From Polymyxa betae A26-41 (lineage: Eukaryota; Protista; Endomyxa: Phytomyxea): DNA of 64,000 nucleotides. Position numbers and translations under genes: made by a program. Shown in pieces: positions 1 through 13,865 of this stretch. The notes under the pieces were generated by a model that saw nothing but the letters and a program-made list of their open reading frames with translations, searched no databases and had not been told where the DNA came from. How positions within the stretch are numbered: the first letter of the stretch is position 1; each line of letters opens with the position of its first letter. The stretch covers positions 17,481-81,480 of the forward strand of contig RBZT01000680.1 of the NCBI GenBank assembly GCA_003693705.1, read 5' to 3'.

Positions 1-340
1 GCCTTTGTCCATCGAAGAGATGGCAGGCCATAAGACGGACGCTGCTATTCATCATGCGTTTTCTGATACTGATATGGTAGAGCTGTTTTCTGAAGTTGCT
101 GATCAAGAGTATGATGCAATCGTAGATGCCAGCCCGGAGCCAGATGTAGAAGAGGTTTCTCTTGAAGACAATATCAAAGCTCTGAAACTCACTCTTAACC
201 TTCTGGTTGATGAACCTATAGAAAATAAGGCTGCGATTCGCGAAGTCCGCAGAGTTTTACTCCGTCTCAGTAAGGAAAAAATGGAAAAAAAGCTTTGTAA
301 TCTCAAACAGAGCGATATTCGCTTTTTTATGACAAAATAA
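1..340 (+). pseudogene. C-terminal part of a pogo/Tigger (Tc5/CENP-B-like) transposase, cut by the window start
   Basis: Acidic C-terminal tail ending KQSDIRFFMTK (PIP-box-like end typical of pogo transposases), followed by a pogo-type terminal repeat. Confidence 0.65.
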
Positions 341-429
341 ACATGATTTGAATGTGAGAAACCTGAAAGTCCCTTGGTATTTTTATGCTTATAATTAATG
401 GTTCCTGAGGTTTTATCAATTATGAAGTA

Positions 430-536
430 TAAGAGAGTATTAATTATAAGCCATAGAACACATTCGGTGGACGCGCTCATGATCAAATATAAGCGAGTAT
501 TATTTATAAGAGAACCAATTATAAGCGAGTCTACGG
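430..536 (+). repeat. Right TIR and subterminal repeats of a pogo-like element
   Basis: Repeated TATAAG(C/A)GAGT motifs ending TTATAAGCGAGTCTACGG, then TA (537-538). The reverse complement starts CCGTAG, like the pogo TIR at 49500/49909. Confidence 0.7.
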
Positions 537-599
537 TATAATACCATCTACGGAGTCCGATCGGGGCTAATGTACTTGCTTTGTCGGATTGCAATCTTG

Positions 600-2330
600 A
601 AAAAATAATGAATGAGAGGCGAATTGACATTGCACACACATCCTCTCTCCTGAGGTTAGGGCACCTCACATTGTTTCCGAACACCATGACTGAGAAAATC
701 GGTATGTTTGCTTGAGTTCAGAGGAAAATATCATCGACCGATACTTTAATTAGGCAAGTCTGTTAATGAAGACCTTGTAAGGCTTCACAACCAGGGTCTT
801 GGGTCTTATTTCATTTTTTCAAATAATACCGTACAAAATACTCCAGGAAGCGATCATGGTCCTTTAACGAATTGGCAAGGAAGTTGCTCAGCATGGCTTC
901 GAATTCTGCTGTGATGCGACATCTTCTGAGAACCGAGAGCACTTGATGCACACTTATCTTCTCTTCGTTACCCAATAACAAATTTCTTCACCTGAAAAGT
1001 CTCGCTGTCTGTATTCTGTAGCCAAATTTAGAGCAGATGGCACCTGCTGTTGCCAGTAGGAAATGGCCTTGCAAACATGGGAAAACGCTTTTGGCAACCG
1101 ACCACGAAACACAGTCGTCATCCGCAGAAAAGCAAGAGGTTCCAGCAGCGGGGATTTCTCCAAAACAGTTGAGGCAAAGTCAATTTAATGCATTATCAAA
1201 ATGGTCAGCCATACCTTCATCTTACTAAAAATTATGTGCATGTAATTGCTGGATTCACCACTTGCAATTGTGAACAAGAGTGACAGGCCCCTTATTCTCC
1301 TTGGTTCCAAAACTGGTCGTGTTATGGGTGGCATCGATCGAAATCACTCTTTTGAAGTACAAATTCAAGCTTTCCCACATGGTTTGGGTCGGAATGATCA
1401 AAACAAACTCACCAATGGTGAAGCGTGATCAGATGAATCAGGAATATGGCACACTATTAGAACAATCAGTGATATCATCATTGGTTTGGGCTTCATCTGA
1501 CCTTTGTAGAACAGAACGGGGATCCAGTTCTCTGCTGAAAACTTTTCAACTATTTGGTGGACAGCCAAAGCGTCATTCGATGGAACTCCGTTTCTGCGTT
1601 CCAGGCGAGCCTTGCAATTCAGTATGTCCTGGCGTGTTACCAGACGACAACTGGTGCTCTAATTAACGATGTGAACATTGTTTGTAAGCTGCCAATTCAC
1701 AGTTATTTGCCTGCAATTCGCTTTCGCGAGTGCTACGATTGTTGAATTGGGCCATCATGTTTCGCAGGAGTCGCTCCACGGTTAAGCCCTGCTCAGTTCT
1801 CCATTCGATATCGTACTTCATAGCTGCTCTCAATCAATTGTTGGTGGATGTCCGGCCGTCGGCTTGGCTACGTGTGTGAAAATCCAGAAACTCGACATTA
1901 ACAGAACCGTTGGAGGAAATTTGAGCAGTAATCAATGCTAAACAGTTGAAGTCCAACTTTGTCGATTTCGATTGCCGAACCGGGCGCTCCTTTCTCTCCC
2001 AAAGCTTAGTCCTGGCAGATTCTTTCGAGCGGGAGCAAACGATATATAAAACAGTATCTGAATTAGCTGTTTTAACAGCACCTTTCCTATTGACAATTTA
2101 CAATCATCCAGCGAATCTACGAATTGTTCGAAATCGGTTCTGGAAAAAAAAATAAAATAATCTTTCTGAACATTTTTTTCGTGTTCGACATTAAGATGAA
2201 TGACCATTTCTCTTCGTTTAGACAATGCGTGAGTGCCCATATATCATAGAAAATCGCGGTTATTGCCAGAGGCAGAAACAGTTAAATGTTCAGCTTTATG
2301 TGTTTTGAAACCTGGCGACGAAGGCTATCC
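600..2330 (-). pseudogene. Degraded MULE (Mutator-like) transposase
   Basis: Minus-strand fragments: C2H2-like REMVIHLNVEH..F.SRTDFEQF, NGSVNVEFLDFH, catalytic ISIDATHNTT (~1340), FSADDD..VAKSVFP, FLEYFVRYY. Many stops and frameshifts. Confidence 0.7.
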
Positions 2331-2349
2331 GAATGTGAATACGTAAAAA

Positions 2350-2900
2350 TCCAACGGAATCCGATTTTGAAAGGAGCCTTAAGGAAAATGACAGCCGTGA
2401 ATATCCAGGAATGTTCGGCTCCCAGGATTGTGCCCATTTAATCCAGGACAAATTCCCGGTATTTTTGCATGGTTAAAATCATGATAGAGATGGAAACAAA
2501 TCTATCGTTATGAGGACTGTTTCAGGTCATGATCTATGGATCTGTCCTGGTTCCAACAATGAGAGCAATATTGTTATCCGCTATCCTTTGATGGCAAAGT
2601 TTCTCAGAGGCGCACGTTCAGTACAAGGAGAATCGGAATAAATAATCCATTTCATAATTATTGATCGATGGGATTTACCCGAATTGTCCGACCTTTGTAG
2701 TTACCACTTCGCAGCCACAGGGTCTCAAAAGGAGATAATATGGTCAGCAGCAAGAATCCGATCGAAATGTGGAGCTTGCCTTTGCAGTCTTGCAGGCAAG
2801 GTCCGCCATTTTAAAGAACCCGTGTCGGCAGTGGGATCGGTTTAAAATGGTTTCTTTCCGGATTGCTTGTCTGATCCTCCACAGTAAATTCTCTGAAATA
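2350..2900 (+). pseudogene. PIF/Harbinger transposase fragment (plant transposon protein type)
   Basis: YPGMFGSQDCAH, DLWI..PGSNNESN, LIDGIYP, QESDRNVELAFAVLQAR, ACLILH. Confidence 0.75.
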
Positions 2901-3479
2901 TGAAAGTCATCACAATCTGGAAAATCTAGTCGACAAAAAATCTTTAGACCTGATATGAACGACGTCGGAACGTTTTCATTTTCAAACGCTTGGTGGAATC
3001 AACAACCTTGGCTACCAACAATGCCGAAGACATCCCCTTTTAAACGATGAAATTGAGGAATTGAGGGGTCGAAAATACGACCACTAGATAATTTTCATTG
3101 GGTGATAAACAATCGTTGACGACTATTGTGCATCCTGTGGTGAATGGGTCAGGATTTTGTGCATAGTTTGCAGTACAGCAGCCCGAGTTTCGCTTCTGCG
3201 TCCATTTCATTGATGTTTGCGGAAAACACACAAAACCATTCTTGCTTGCAAAAACATCTCCTGAACTTTGATATCAACCTAGGGCGTCAGCTGTTACGTA
3301 GCCGACCATGTCTCTAATCAAACAATATCCCAATTTATTTACCGTGCATTTATCTATGTTGCAACAATATATTGCTTACATCCAACTGGGCTTCTGCTTA
3401 GCTGGATCAACACAGGTTTTGATCTATTGAGCTGTCTCTTTTGTAGTGTTCTGGAGAATCATAAAAGTTTGATACAACT

Positions 3480-4264
3480 GGGCAGTAGACGAAAACTTCA
3501 GAAAAATGGCACGTTGACAGTCAAGAGTGCGATCTCAGAATTCATCGCTTGAATCCATCTAAACACGACTGGGCGTTTACCGGCATTTGATTGCGTGGAA
3601 GCAGCTCATTAAAGTGAGCATAGTGTTGAAAAAGTACGCACCGACAGAAATTGCTCCGGATGTTGACTCTCTTTCCGGGTACTTTCCGTGTCCTGTATCC
3701 GGCCCCGTTTTGCCACTTTGTTGATAAAATACAAATATATATTCACGTATTGTCAATCTTTCAACGACTGATAATTCTACTGCAACGCCTAACATAATTG
3801 CGACATCAAGCAATGATCATGAATCTGATCCACAAAACGACAGTTCTGATTTCGAGTATATAGACTGTTGGCAAATCCTGCGCGAATGCCCAAATTACGC
3901 TGCACTGGATGTTGCAACTGAATCAAGTAAAGAATCGACAGTAGATACTGCGATATTGTTAGCAGAAAATGGTCCAATTGGTGCAAAGCTTGCCAAGCGG
4001 CAAGGTCTCGAGGAAGCAGACAACGACATGAATACGTCAAATTTGCTTCAGGCGAACACTGAGCAGAACTACGCTCTACAGGAGCAGACGGCTGCGATGA
4101 AAGAGCAGGCAGCGGTCATGCGACGCCAGTCGGAAGCATTTGAAGAACAGAATGAGATCCGCCTCTTTTCGATGAAAAATGAAGACATTTCTCAATCTTC
4201 AATGGATTTCTTCTCTTTACTGAAAGCCACGAAGTTGGCCGATTTGCGATCCCTTGCTCAGTGA
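3480..4264 (+). pseudogene. Harbinger accessory ORF (Myb/NAM-associated C-terminal type)
   Basis: GPIGAKLAK (RPxGxKxAK-like) motif, coiled region and EQNEIRLFS..DFF tail. Convergent with the transposase at 4300-5594. Confidence 0.6.
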
Positions 4265-4299
4265 GATAATCAATAAATCTATTCATGATCTTCCGATTC

Positions 4300-5594
4300 T
4301 CCAAATCTTGATTAGAAATGCTCTCTTAATTCACTGGTCCGCCGACAGTGCTTGTCTCGATTCTGCATCGATCCCATCCATTGCCAAAAACAAAAACAAT
4401 CCATAGGCAGAAGTGCCAAATTTCGGCCTCGATCACTACTGCCATTAATGGTTGTTTGAGCACACGATTCAGAAACTGTCGATTTCACGGTCTTGATGTG
4501 ATCTTCTATGGTCATTTTTCTAAAAAAAATTATCTTATTGTGTAGGATGACACAAGCTTGTACAATATTTTACATCTTTAGAGTTGACCATGACCTATCT
4601 GGGATCGATAATATATGGAATCTCCGTTTGTGAATGCCAAAGACACGTTCTACCTCTTCCCGTTTTGCTTCCTGTTTCTTCGCGAACAGATTCTTCTTGG
4701 CAGAATCTGGTTGACTGCAGTTAAAGACACAGCAGCTCCAAGATGGGTATATACCGTCAGCTAGAAAATAGTACTCATCGCATTCTGTTTCGTTAATTTC
4801 ATTGGGATTACACTTTAGCCGGCCATCAAAGATGTCCTCGACTAACGGCGATCGCCCAAGAATGTTCAGGTGGTTCATGGAGCCAGGAAACCGAAACCTG
4901 GCGTACCAGATGCGCCAATCTGGGCCAAGGATTGCTTTTAAAACCATCGTGGGCAATCCCTTATCGTTGCCAACATATTGGCCCGCGTAGACTTTGGGGC
5001 AATTCTTCCGTTCGCAATGCATATAATCGATGCTCAAAGCCTGCCCAACCCAGACTTGGTCGGCGTTCTGCTTCAAAATTGCCTGGATATCGTGCTGTGG
5101 GGCACCGAAGATATTCATCACCAGGCACGAACAAATCCATGGCGAACTCCTCTAGACATTTTGTCGCAACGAATTTTGATATGAGACAGTATTGGTCAAC
5201 GGCATCGGCAGATAATCCGTAGGCAATCGTCCGCAAGCTCGCCGTGATTTTTTGTAGTGGGCTGGGGCCGGGCTTGCCTAATGCATCAACCTGTTGCCGC
5301 ATGTATGGCGAGTGCAAAGACAGTTCGTCGAGGATCATTTTTGAATAAAGTGGATGGCATTCGGAATCGACGATCAAAGAGCTCTTCGCCATAAACAGGA
5401 TTCGGAACAAGATATTGTCCCCGCATCCGCTGATGACCTTCAAGTCCACGAGGGCGATTGGGTTCCTTGCCGGGTTTCGATCCACCATGGGTTTTTCGAG
5501 ATTTCGTTCGCGGTCCATGTAGATACTCGATCAGAAGATCAAATGTGTAAACATATGGAAGAGTGAATTTCCAACAGTTCATTGTTCGCATCAA
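4300..5594 (-). pseudogene. PIF/Harbinger transposase (plant transposon protein type)
   Basis: FDRRFRMP, SPLQKITASLRTIAYG, SIDYMHCERKNCP, FPGSMNHLNIL, YYFLADGIYP, QEAKREEVERVFG. Frameshifted. Confidence 0.85.
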
Positions 5595-5711
5595 ACAGCA
5601 CTTGAAAAAGTATAGGTTTGGGTCAGTTGGCGGTGAAGAGGGTCAGTTTAAACCCTTTTTCTTTACAGACAATCACTGAGTGGCAGCAAATAGCAAAGGT
5701 TTAGGTTTGGG

Positions 5712-5732
5712 TCTTTTGCGGTGGAGATGCTC
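5712..5732 (+). repeat. Harbinger/Tourist-type right TIR
   Basis: ...GCGGTGGAGATGCTC (reverse complement GAGCATCTCCA) followed by TAA, the typical PIF/Harbinger 3-bp target. Confidence 0.6.
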
Positions 5733-5779
5733 TAAACCTGCTCCTTGCTCAGCATGTTCGAAGGAAAAAATGTCGGGAT

Positions 5780-7400
5780 CCGCAATACCGAAACACGCTC
5801 ATCAGAGCAATCGACTGATTGGAGATCTCGAACACAGTGATTTATGCGGTCTTATGTCAACGCGCTCTTTAAAGGGGAACCGATAACGATGCCAGTAACT
5901 ATGTCCCTTGATTCTGGATTAGTCCAATCAAATCGCTTTGATTGACCTGGCAGTTCTCCAACACGACGGAGCCATCAGTTGACTCTGGGGTATCTTCTTC
6001 CGGAAGTCGTTCAACAAACGCGAATCGCTTCAACGTACAGAGTAGTTCTTGTACTGTCGATTCTTGCTGCTGAGGTGTGATTTTTCGCCCTTGAAAGCAG
6101 GAAACGCACTCGCTGACCTGGTTAGATATATCTCTGACAACTAAAATTAGGCTCCACCAGATAGGAGTCGGAACCTCACGACTACGTTCAGATGCGGATG
6201 ATTCCTCCTTTTGTGCCACAAGCTCCGATCTGCTTTCAGTCAAAAATCGTGCGACCCGTGACATCGAAGCCTCGCGCGGTGTAGACAAATTGGGACAGAC
6301 TGCTCGCCTTTGATCAGTGAGAAGTTTATGACGACGCAGAAACGAAATTAAGGATGTGAGAGAGTGGTAAAATCCACAGCCAGCATTCTTGTAGACCTTC
6401 TGCATGACTATATCATTCTTGATGGAGCAAGCACCAAACCAACGTGATGGAGCAAGCACCAAACCCGAATTAAATTTTGGACGAACGGCTGCCTGTATGG
6501 GCGTCACGACACCTGATAAATGTCCGGTCATGTTGGCAGCACCATCTGTTGAACATCCAATGAGTTTGTCTCCCAGAGGAGACAAAGCGCATCAAACAAC
6601 TTTGTAAACACCTCGAGCATCGCAAGACCGTTGTGCCGGCCAGAAAACGATATTGTAATAAGATGTAGGTTTTCCAGGGACATCTTTTCGTATAATCGGA
6701 CTCGAACGTCGATCCAAGAGACCTGCTGGAAATCATTGGAAGCATCAAATGCAACAGAGAACCCCCATTAGCTCTTAAGGATCGAGGCAATGTGCTCCAG
6801 CGAAATCGCACATGATGATCGAGCTTATGATGCACCATATAATCGCTGTAAACACCAAGTTTTACAACGTTGCACACATCTTTCACATCCTGCATTTCGT
6901 CGGACGCCATCGCAAGCGATTGCCCACGTCCAACGAAACGAGTCGAATGAATAAACTGTTTAACCTGCTTGATCTCAATAACTTACCTGTCCGCATGGTT
7001 TTCGGTCCGTTTGAATGACCACATCGCAATGGCACGAGTTTGACCGCCAATTTCATCTTCCTGCCAAAGCATATCCCCAATGATAACATCAACAATCTGT
7101 TTCCCTGATGACAAACGTCATCGTAGAGGACGCTTGAATGACCAGGACGTGGATGATTTCTTTGTAGTTCCCTCGTGCGCAAAACGGACGCAAAAACGGC
7201 ACCGCACGGCAGCCACTCCAGAAACAACCTGGTCACGGCCAGCAATGGAAAGGCACACTGGTAAAGGTATTTCTGCTGGAATGGTGTCATACTGGCAACG
7301 GTTTTGCACTGGCGTTGGGAAGCGGCCTCAGATGTGCTGATGAAAGCGAGAGTTCGATTCGGCCAGAGATGCGTTGAAGTGATTTGCTCACATGATGGAT
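5780..7400 (-). pseudogene. Divergent hAT-like transposase remnant
   Basis: N-terminal RCRFC zinc motif, IVDVIIGD, LIGCSTDGAANMTGHLSGVVT catalytic-like motif, CPNLST, PIWW. Frameshifted. Confidence 0.65.
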
Positions 7401-8079
7401 ATAAGATGTGCTGAGATTCTCTCAGGCTCTTTAAACTGCCTGATTGCGCGGCCCTGATCAAAATTACAGTGCAGCTAAAATTGCGCCCCGGAGTTCTTTC
7501 CAATAATCTCTGTTCAGGTATATGAGTGTTCTTCATACCATTAAAACATGGCTAAATATTTTATCGATGTTTAACAGAAGTCCGTGTAGTGTACACTAGA
7601 GATTCTGGTACCTTAGCCCTTCTTCGTTCACCTGACAGCACTAAATTGTCGGCAATTAAACCGAAACCAGTTCAACCCCAACAGGATGAAGGATGCAAGG
7701 TGCTGGATTGTAGTTTCCAAGGTTACGTAAGCTTTTGCGACGGAGACCGAATGATGGAGATTTTGGCAAAAATATGTTCGCTTTCAAAAAATATGAGAAA
7801 TAAAACAAAATAAGAAATACGGAATTTCTTCTGAGTGAAATAAACGGAACATACGGAGTCTATTAATAGATTTAGTATTAAAAAAGGAGTTCTGCTGAGA
7901 TGAGGACCTGTCCGATAATTAGAGATCGTCTTTCCCTGATAGCACATCGGTGCGAACCATTACGCATGCAAAACGCGACTATATTAAACAGTATCTATTT
8001 ATAGCTAACATGAGGACAAAGATGTATTTATTTTTTTAATGTATTTGAGATATCTCTCGTAGCGTAGACAACATCGCTG

Positions 8080-8960
8080 TTAACACAGATGTCTGCACGC
8101 TCTGAGCCTGATCCATTCGGTCCAGTATTTCCGAGAGTGTGCTAAGGCGGTATTGTTTACGCTGTTTTTCTCCGCAACGTCAACAGCCGATTTTGCCATC
8201 TCAGAAATAAAGGCTGCAAAGACCTCTATCCCAATCTCGTGATGCTCCTCCAGCGTCTTCGTCTTCGATGACGCTGGCATCTTCACTTTCGACGGCTACA
8301 CCATTTTGAAAACGCCGGAGTTTTCTGCGCCGACTGTTTGAGGTTTTGTGTTGGCGTTTTACAACTGCCGACATGACCTTCTGGTGAAAACTGGGCCAAA
8401 AGTTCTGTCCCGTCTTCATGGTTTTCCTTCTCTTGTTCTTCCTCCAGTTCACGAGATACGGCCTCAACGTCGTAAGTCATCGTCGTCTAGCGCTGAAGAG
8501 GTTGGCTCAGCAATCGGGTCGCTCTTCATTCCGTCATTCGACTGATAATCAAATAATATTTTCAAGGCTTCTGAGAGCAAAAACAATACCTGAAAGTGTT
8601 CAGTCAGAACTTCGAAATAGGAGGGCTTTTCGGTAATTTTACATTTTCCTTTAGCCGTCGTGCAGGAACAGATTTTGCTCGGTCTTGAGTGAAATTAAAA
8701 GTTCGTACGAACGCACCAGTAAGCCATTTCCACCAGTTCGATGTTGCTTGGTTGCTGCGAATGTTTGCCTTTTTAGTCTCAGCCATATGGCTATATCGCA
8801 GCTCGATCAAACTCTCAGCTAACTCCTTAGTCCATGTTGCTCGATCCTTTTTCGCAAACGACAGGTTATCCTGTTGATAGAGATTTTTTAGAGGGAGTCC
8901 CCCTTGGCACGTTGGCAATGTTTGCCATTACTGGGTTGCTGGTATCGACGTTATTGGTGA
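8080..8960 (-). pseudogene. Myb/SANT-like protein remnant (Harbinger ORF1-like)
   Basis: ATWTKELAESLIELR...WWKWLTGAF trihelix-like pattern followed by an acidic tail. No partner transposase found. Confidence 0.5.
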
Positions 8961-9940
8961 GATAAATTCCAACGATGTTAGAAAACCAAGGTGAAAAATT
9001 GCCTGGATGCATCACAGATTCTGGGCCAGGAGGATAATAACCTGGTATGTTGGGATTATCTGAATCATTCCGGATCGAAATGGGACATTTCCAGGTACAG
9101 TACATTTTGACGACGCTTTTAGCGTTTTCGGACGCTTCATAACAGCTATTAACGATCAAATAATCAATTGATGCTCCAATCAGAACGAATGGGAATCATA
9201 GATATTAAATTTGCTTAAGTGCAGTTTTAACAGATTTGACTGTACGACAGAAATTCAATAAAGATACCACTTGAACCAGCTTTCAGAGTTTTCGCGCCCT
9301 ACCTATACTCAGACGGAAAGGTATTAGAATCACCCTCTCAGGAACGAACTAGGTTATTGGATACATCCATCTGTTCAGTCTGCCGCACCAGCAAGGCTCC
9401 GATGCTGTCCTCGGATCTTCGTCTTTGATGCCACCAAAGTTGAGACAAGCATTTGGCCCACGACCAGCAAGCCCTCTTTAAACTCCGTCCCGATCAAGAC
9501 GTCACGTTTGCTCACGCTACGATTGGATCTCCAAGGAATGACCTTTGTTTTTACAGATGGCGCCTTCTAGGCAGTGCCAGCGACATTCATGGGCTCTCTG
9601 TGATCAATCGCGATAATTCCCTTCAACTGGCACTGATAGCATTTTTATCCGCCGGTGGATAGATGGGCTGCGCATCCGCGAGCTTGTTTTCGGATGGTCG
9701 TAAGGCGTCATCGCTACTGATCATAAGAAGGTCGGAACAATGCCAGTTTCATGCCCTCACCAAAACTTTCTATGCAAATCAATATAGATACTAAAGAAAT
9801 CCGTAAATGTCAACCTCTGTTTCACAGTGAGTTTTCTGCGAATGTTGGTTCACCCGCAGTTTTCAAGAGTATCCGCAATCTAGCCCGATTTCCTGAAAAC
9901 TCGCCGTCCGTTTTGGGAGGGTGACTTCGCGTGATCTTCG

Positions 9941-11176
9941 ATGGACGGTTTGGATGGTTTAGCGTCTTCTGACAGCTCTGATGGGGATGATAGTCTGGAC
10001 CCCGAGATCTCTGACGCCACATCAGTTTCGGCTTGGTCCATCAGTGACTCTCTATCTGATTCTTGCAGCGATGAGGAGCTCTTTGATGATGAAGACGAAC
10101 AAGTTATCGCCATTATTGCGGCCGCTATCGTTGCTGCTCAGTCATTTCGAGTCTTCACTGCAAATGAGTTGGCTAACGATTTCCAGCAGTCGGTAAAAAA
10201 ACATTGCAGTTCGCGACGTTTTAGCAACCATGAAAACAACGCCGTCGTTGTTTAGAATTTTGACGAATTTTACCGTCGAGGAATTCGAGCTCCTATGCCA
10301 ACGTGTTTATTGCTACCCATGCTCGGTCGACTGGGAATCTCCGAATCCACTGGGGTCCCTCGAAGCTTTCTCCTCATCAGAGTCTACGTTCCTTCATTCT
10401 TCACCTCAAGCATGACAGCACTGCAATGCTGGAAGCTTTTACATGGAACTGGGCGAAAAGCAGTGTTTCTGATGACGCTTCTTTTCATAGCGAGCTGTAT
10501 AAATTTTGCCTGTGAAGACGAAATTCGTTGGCCAGATCCTGCAGAACGCGACCGTTTAGGAGCAGAAATCCCAGAGTTTCAAGGCTGCATCGGTTTTATC
10601 GATGGGACGCTGTGCAAAATTCGAAGACCTCATAACGACGACATGGCAACAGTATGGTTTAACGGCCGTAAGAAAATATACGCCGTCAACAACACTGTTA
10701 TAATCGATCACAACGCTCTGTTCATATAAATCGATTGTGGTTGTCCTGGATCATTTCGCGACATCAATACTTGGAGACAGTCGGAACTTCATCGCAATTG
10801 GCGTGCTTACTTCCGGCATGATGACGAAGCAAAAGACTACGTACTTGGTGATCCCGGTTATATGGGTGAAGAAATGTACATTTTGCGACGAATTGGAAAC
10901 AGTGAAATTCCAGATGACAGGAACATGAAGCCAATTGACGCCTACAGCAAGATGCATGCAGGATACCGCATTAAAGTCGAATGTGGCATCGGCGGTCTTA
11001 AACGAAAGTGAAAACGCATCTTGAAAACGTTTGACTGTACCAAACAGAAGTTTCCACATTTGTTTAAGCCTCCGCGGTGCTAACTAACTTTCTGCGCCGG
11101 GGCAAATGAATATGGAAGCAGATCTGGCGAAATGTATGACGACGAGAGCGACATCGGTTGGTTTGAAGACGATTGA
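9941..11176 (+). pseudogene. HARBI1-like (DDE_Tnp_4) transposase
   Basis: CIGFIDGT, FNGRKKIYAVN, CPGSFRD, LGDPGY, HAGYRIKVECGIGGLK. In-frame stops and frameshifts. Confidence 0.85.
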
Positions 11177-11199
11177 AGATCGACGGTATAAAGAGAATT

Positions 11200-12002
11200 G
11201 ATTTAATCCACATTCAATAGTTTGCGGGCCTCAGCCTCAAAATGTTCCTGACTAATGAGAACAAGGCTCTTAGCTTCTGTTAGGTTAGAAAGACGAGCCC
11301 GTTTTGCTTTGCGATCGAGCATTTCGGATTTTCGCTTCAGGTAAAGCTATCGCGCATTGGAAGATTTCTCAAAATTACAGCTCAAAGCGGAGATCGACTA
11401 AGCCTGCATCTCTAACGCCTGTGCTTTACCAGGGCGTTGTATTTCCACATCTGTGGAAGGTTCATCTTGTCGTTTCGAACGAGGCGTCGAAGAGGCTGAG
11501 GATTCAGCTGGCGACACAATCGCCTGGCTCTGAGCCAAGATGTTTCTTTTTGCATGACCATCCGTTAACTTTAGCTGCTGCAAAAACAGCCTCTTGCTGC
11601 AAACACGCCTTTTTCCTCCCTTTTTCATTAGAAGTTCCGGTGTTGAGCTCTTTTAAAGTTTTCCTAACGGCATCTATAAGGCTTGTTTTATTTAAAGGCA
11701 CAGTCTGGATAAAATTGTTTGTAATCGCCATGCATCTACAGTATAACAGTTTATCGATAAATTTAATAAACATGGAACAACTAATGGACTTCTCTCCAAA
11801 CAGTGCTGGGAACCAGCTATGTCGTCTTCGAATGAGACTCCGAATATTTCGCGAAGTGGTAATGATATGAAGACACCAGAGCGCTGATGCAAACATCATC
11901 AATCACAGGGCGGACAATGTTGGGTTTCGCGTTCGCAACTGGTACGGGATCCGGGTCGGAGCTGCTCTCCAGGTGCAAGAAGTGCGAATCCAACTCTGCC
12001 AT
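11200..12002 (-). pseudogene. Convergent accessory ORF of the Harbinger-like element
   Basis: Frameshifted ORF ending tail-to-tail with the HARBI1-like gene, matching the two-gene Harbinger layout. Confidence 0.45.
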
Positions 12003-13319
12003 TTTGCTTGAATTGGAACTAGAAAACAGTAGAAGAGCAGTACGAGATGGATCGAGGCGAGGGTTGACGCAGTCCGTGGCGAAGCTACCTGTGGAATTTA
12101 GCCATCTGCAGATTCGACGGTTTTTTGAGTTTCGCCGGCAGTTTTATTGGTATGGAGGCCCTTCCGCAATTTTCGCGCAGCCCACCATCAGGTTTGGCGA
12201 AACTCTCGGTGACTACCGGCAGTTTGATCCAATTTACGGATATCTTTTCTGTACGACTGTGATTCATTTTAACCAAGGTGTTTCCAGTAAAATAGTGAGA
12301 TAAAATTATGGAGATCCCAAGAATAAAATTGCGAGTTGCTCGATAATTATCTCTATAAAGTTTATTGTCCGTCCGTCGGTTTAAAGTTTAATTATATCAC
12401 TATAAGATGGATCACCAACTGGCTGACTGCTCTTATCGCATCGACATCGGCGGCCGTCCGAAGTTCTCTAGAAGCCATCGTCTGCTCTGCTCTTTCAGTA
12501 ACATATAGCATGCAGATAGGTCCTTTCTCAAGCCCTCATCAAAGCGATTCACAATTAGGCGTAGTCAATTCGCTGGGGCGAATCTCGACGAATCCTGTCA
12601 TAAGGGATGGTTTCTGACTGCTTGAAATGCTTCAAACGAAAGCAGGTCGTCATCGCTCGTGGTACATGTTGGATTTCTCGCTCCGGGAAGCGGCTACGAT
12701 TCAGAACGATGTGAGCTAAACACAATCAATAGCAGAAATGAATTGTATTATGGCCCGGAGGCATTATATATCACAGTATAGAATTAGGGCATTACCATAT
12801 AAACCAAAACTCCGCCACGGACTTCTCCGTCTTCAACTGTTGGCACCGTTGTCATCAGAGGGTTGCACCCTCCCTTCCTCGAGATGTCCAGTGGAGACGG
12901 CGCAGCCAGTCGCGGGAGTATGACGTGCGCCACCAGAATTGGACTCTGTCTCAACACTTGTACACAGGAGATTGGATCGCTTACTAACAGTACATTGTGC
13001 TATGCCATCAATATCACTATATTGTCTCTCTTCTCAATATGTAGGACACGAGGAGTTCTTATCAGCAGCCATCGGAGTGGATACAAAAGTCCCCATAGAA
13101 GCAAACAAACACTGTTAGCCTAATACAGGATGGATGGAGTTTTTATTATATGATATCACAAATCATCATGTCTGTAAAGAGCTGTTGATACTTTTGATCA
13201 ATTTTGGCCAGTAAGTTTGTTGGAATTCGATGTCACCATTTCTGCGCGGGTCTGGGCTGTTTCCCTGACGCGCGTGTCTGGCGCAGCCTCTAAACGCTCG
13301 CGTCTAGAAGAATTTCCCG

Positions 13320-13690
13320 ATGTCTACCGCACGAAAATGACTTATGGAAAACGATCCAAAGACATTTCCTTCAATCTTCACTTTTCAATTGGATGTTTGG
13401 ATATGGGGCCTACATGCTCGATATTCAGTATCAATATCAGCACCTTCAGAAATTGGGACACGAAGAAGCAATACTACTGAAAATGGTATCACTTTGTGGA
13501 CACGTTCACTGTATTAGATATTTTACTCCCAACCCTGTCTTCGTTCCGTGAGAAGTATGATTCTATTTATCCATTAAGCTCAATCATGAATGATCCGAAA
13601 TATCAAGTCAGCCGTTCCGGAAAGAAATACGTTTCGTCTTTCTCGTTAGGAAATCGCCAACAGGCAAGAAATATGTGCAAGAAGGATACC
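13320..13690 (+). repeat. Diverged partial copy of the 5' part of the pogo-like transposase at 19800-20150
   Basis: Colinear shared blocks, e.g. AAAACGATCCAAAG, TTGGATGTTTGGATAT, GAAGCAATACTAC, ATGATCCGAAATATCAAGTCAGCCGTTCCGGAAAGAAATACGTTTCGTCT. Confidence 0.85.
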
Positions 13691-13865
13691 TTATAAGCAC
13701 CGTCGACAGATTTTGTTATAACTTATATGACTTTACAGCTTATGGGATTCAAGTAAAGAGAAAAGCATAACTCCTTATTACTTCTGCTCGCATTATGCGA
13801 AGTGCGAAGCCATCTCAAATTTCGCACCCTAATCGAGTATTGCCAATTTGCCTCTACCTTTAGTT

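Noticed and set aside
103-687. 194-aa minus-strand ORF
   Set aside because: It is antisense to the pogo tail and runs across its TIR.
2990-3300. Second MULE fragment
   Set aside because: Only a weak VVFST motif; no catalytic motif.
9822-12213. TIR pair TCACAGTGAGTTTT / TCACCGAGAGTTTC around the Harbinger-like pair
   Set aside because: Too degenerate and no clear 3-bp TSD.
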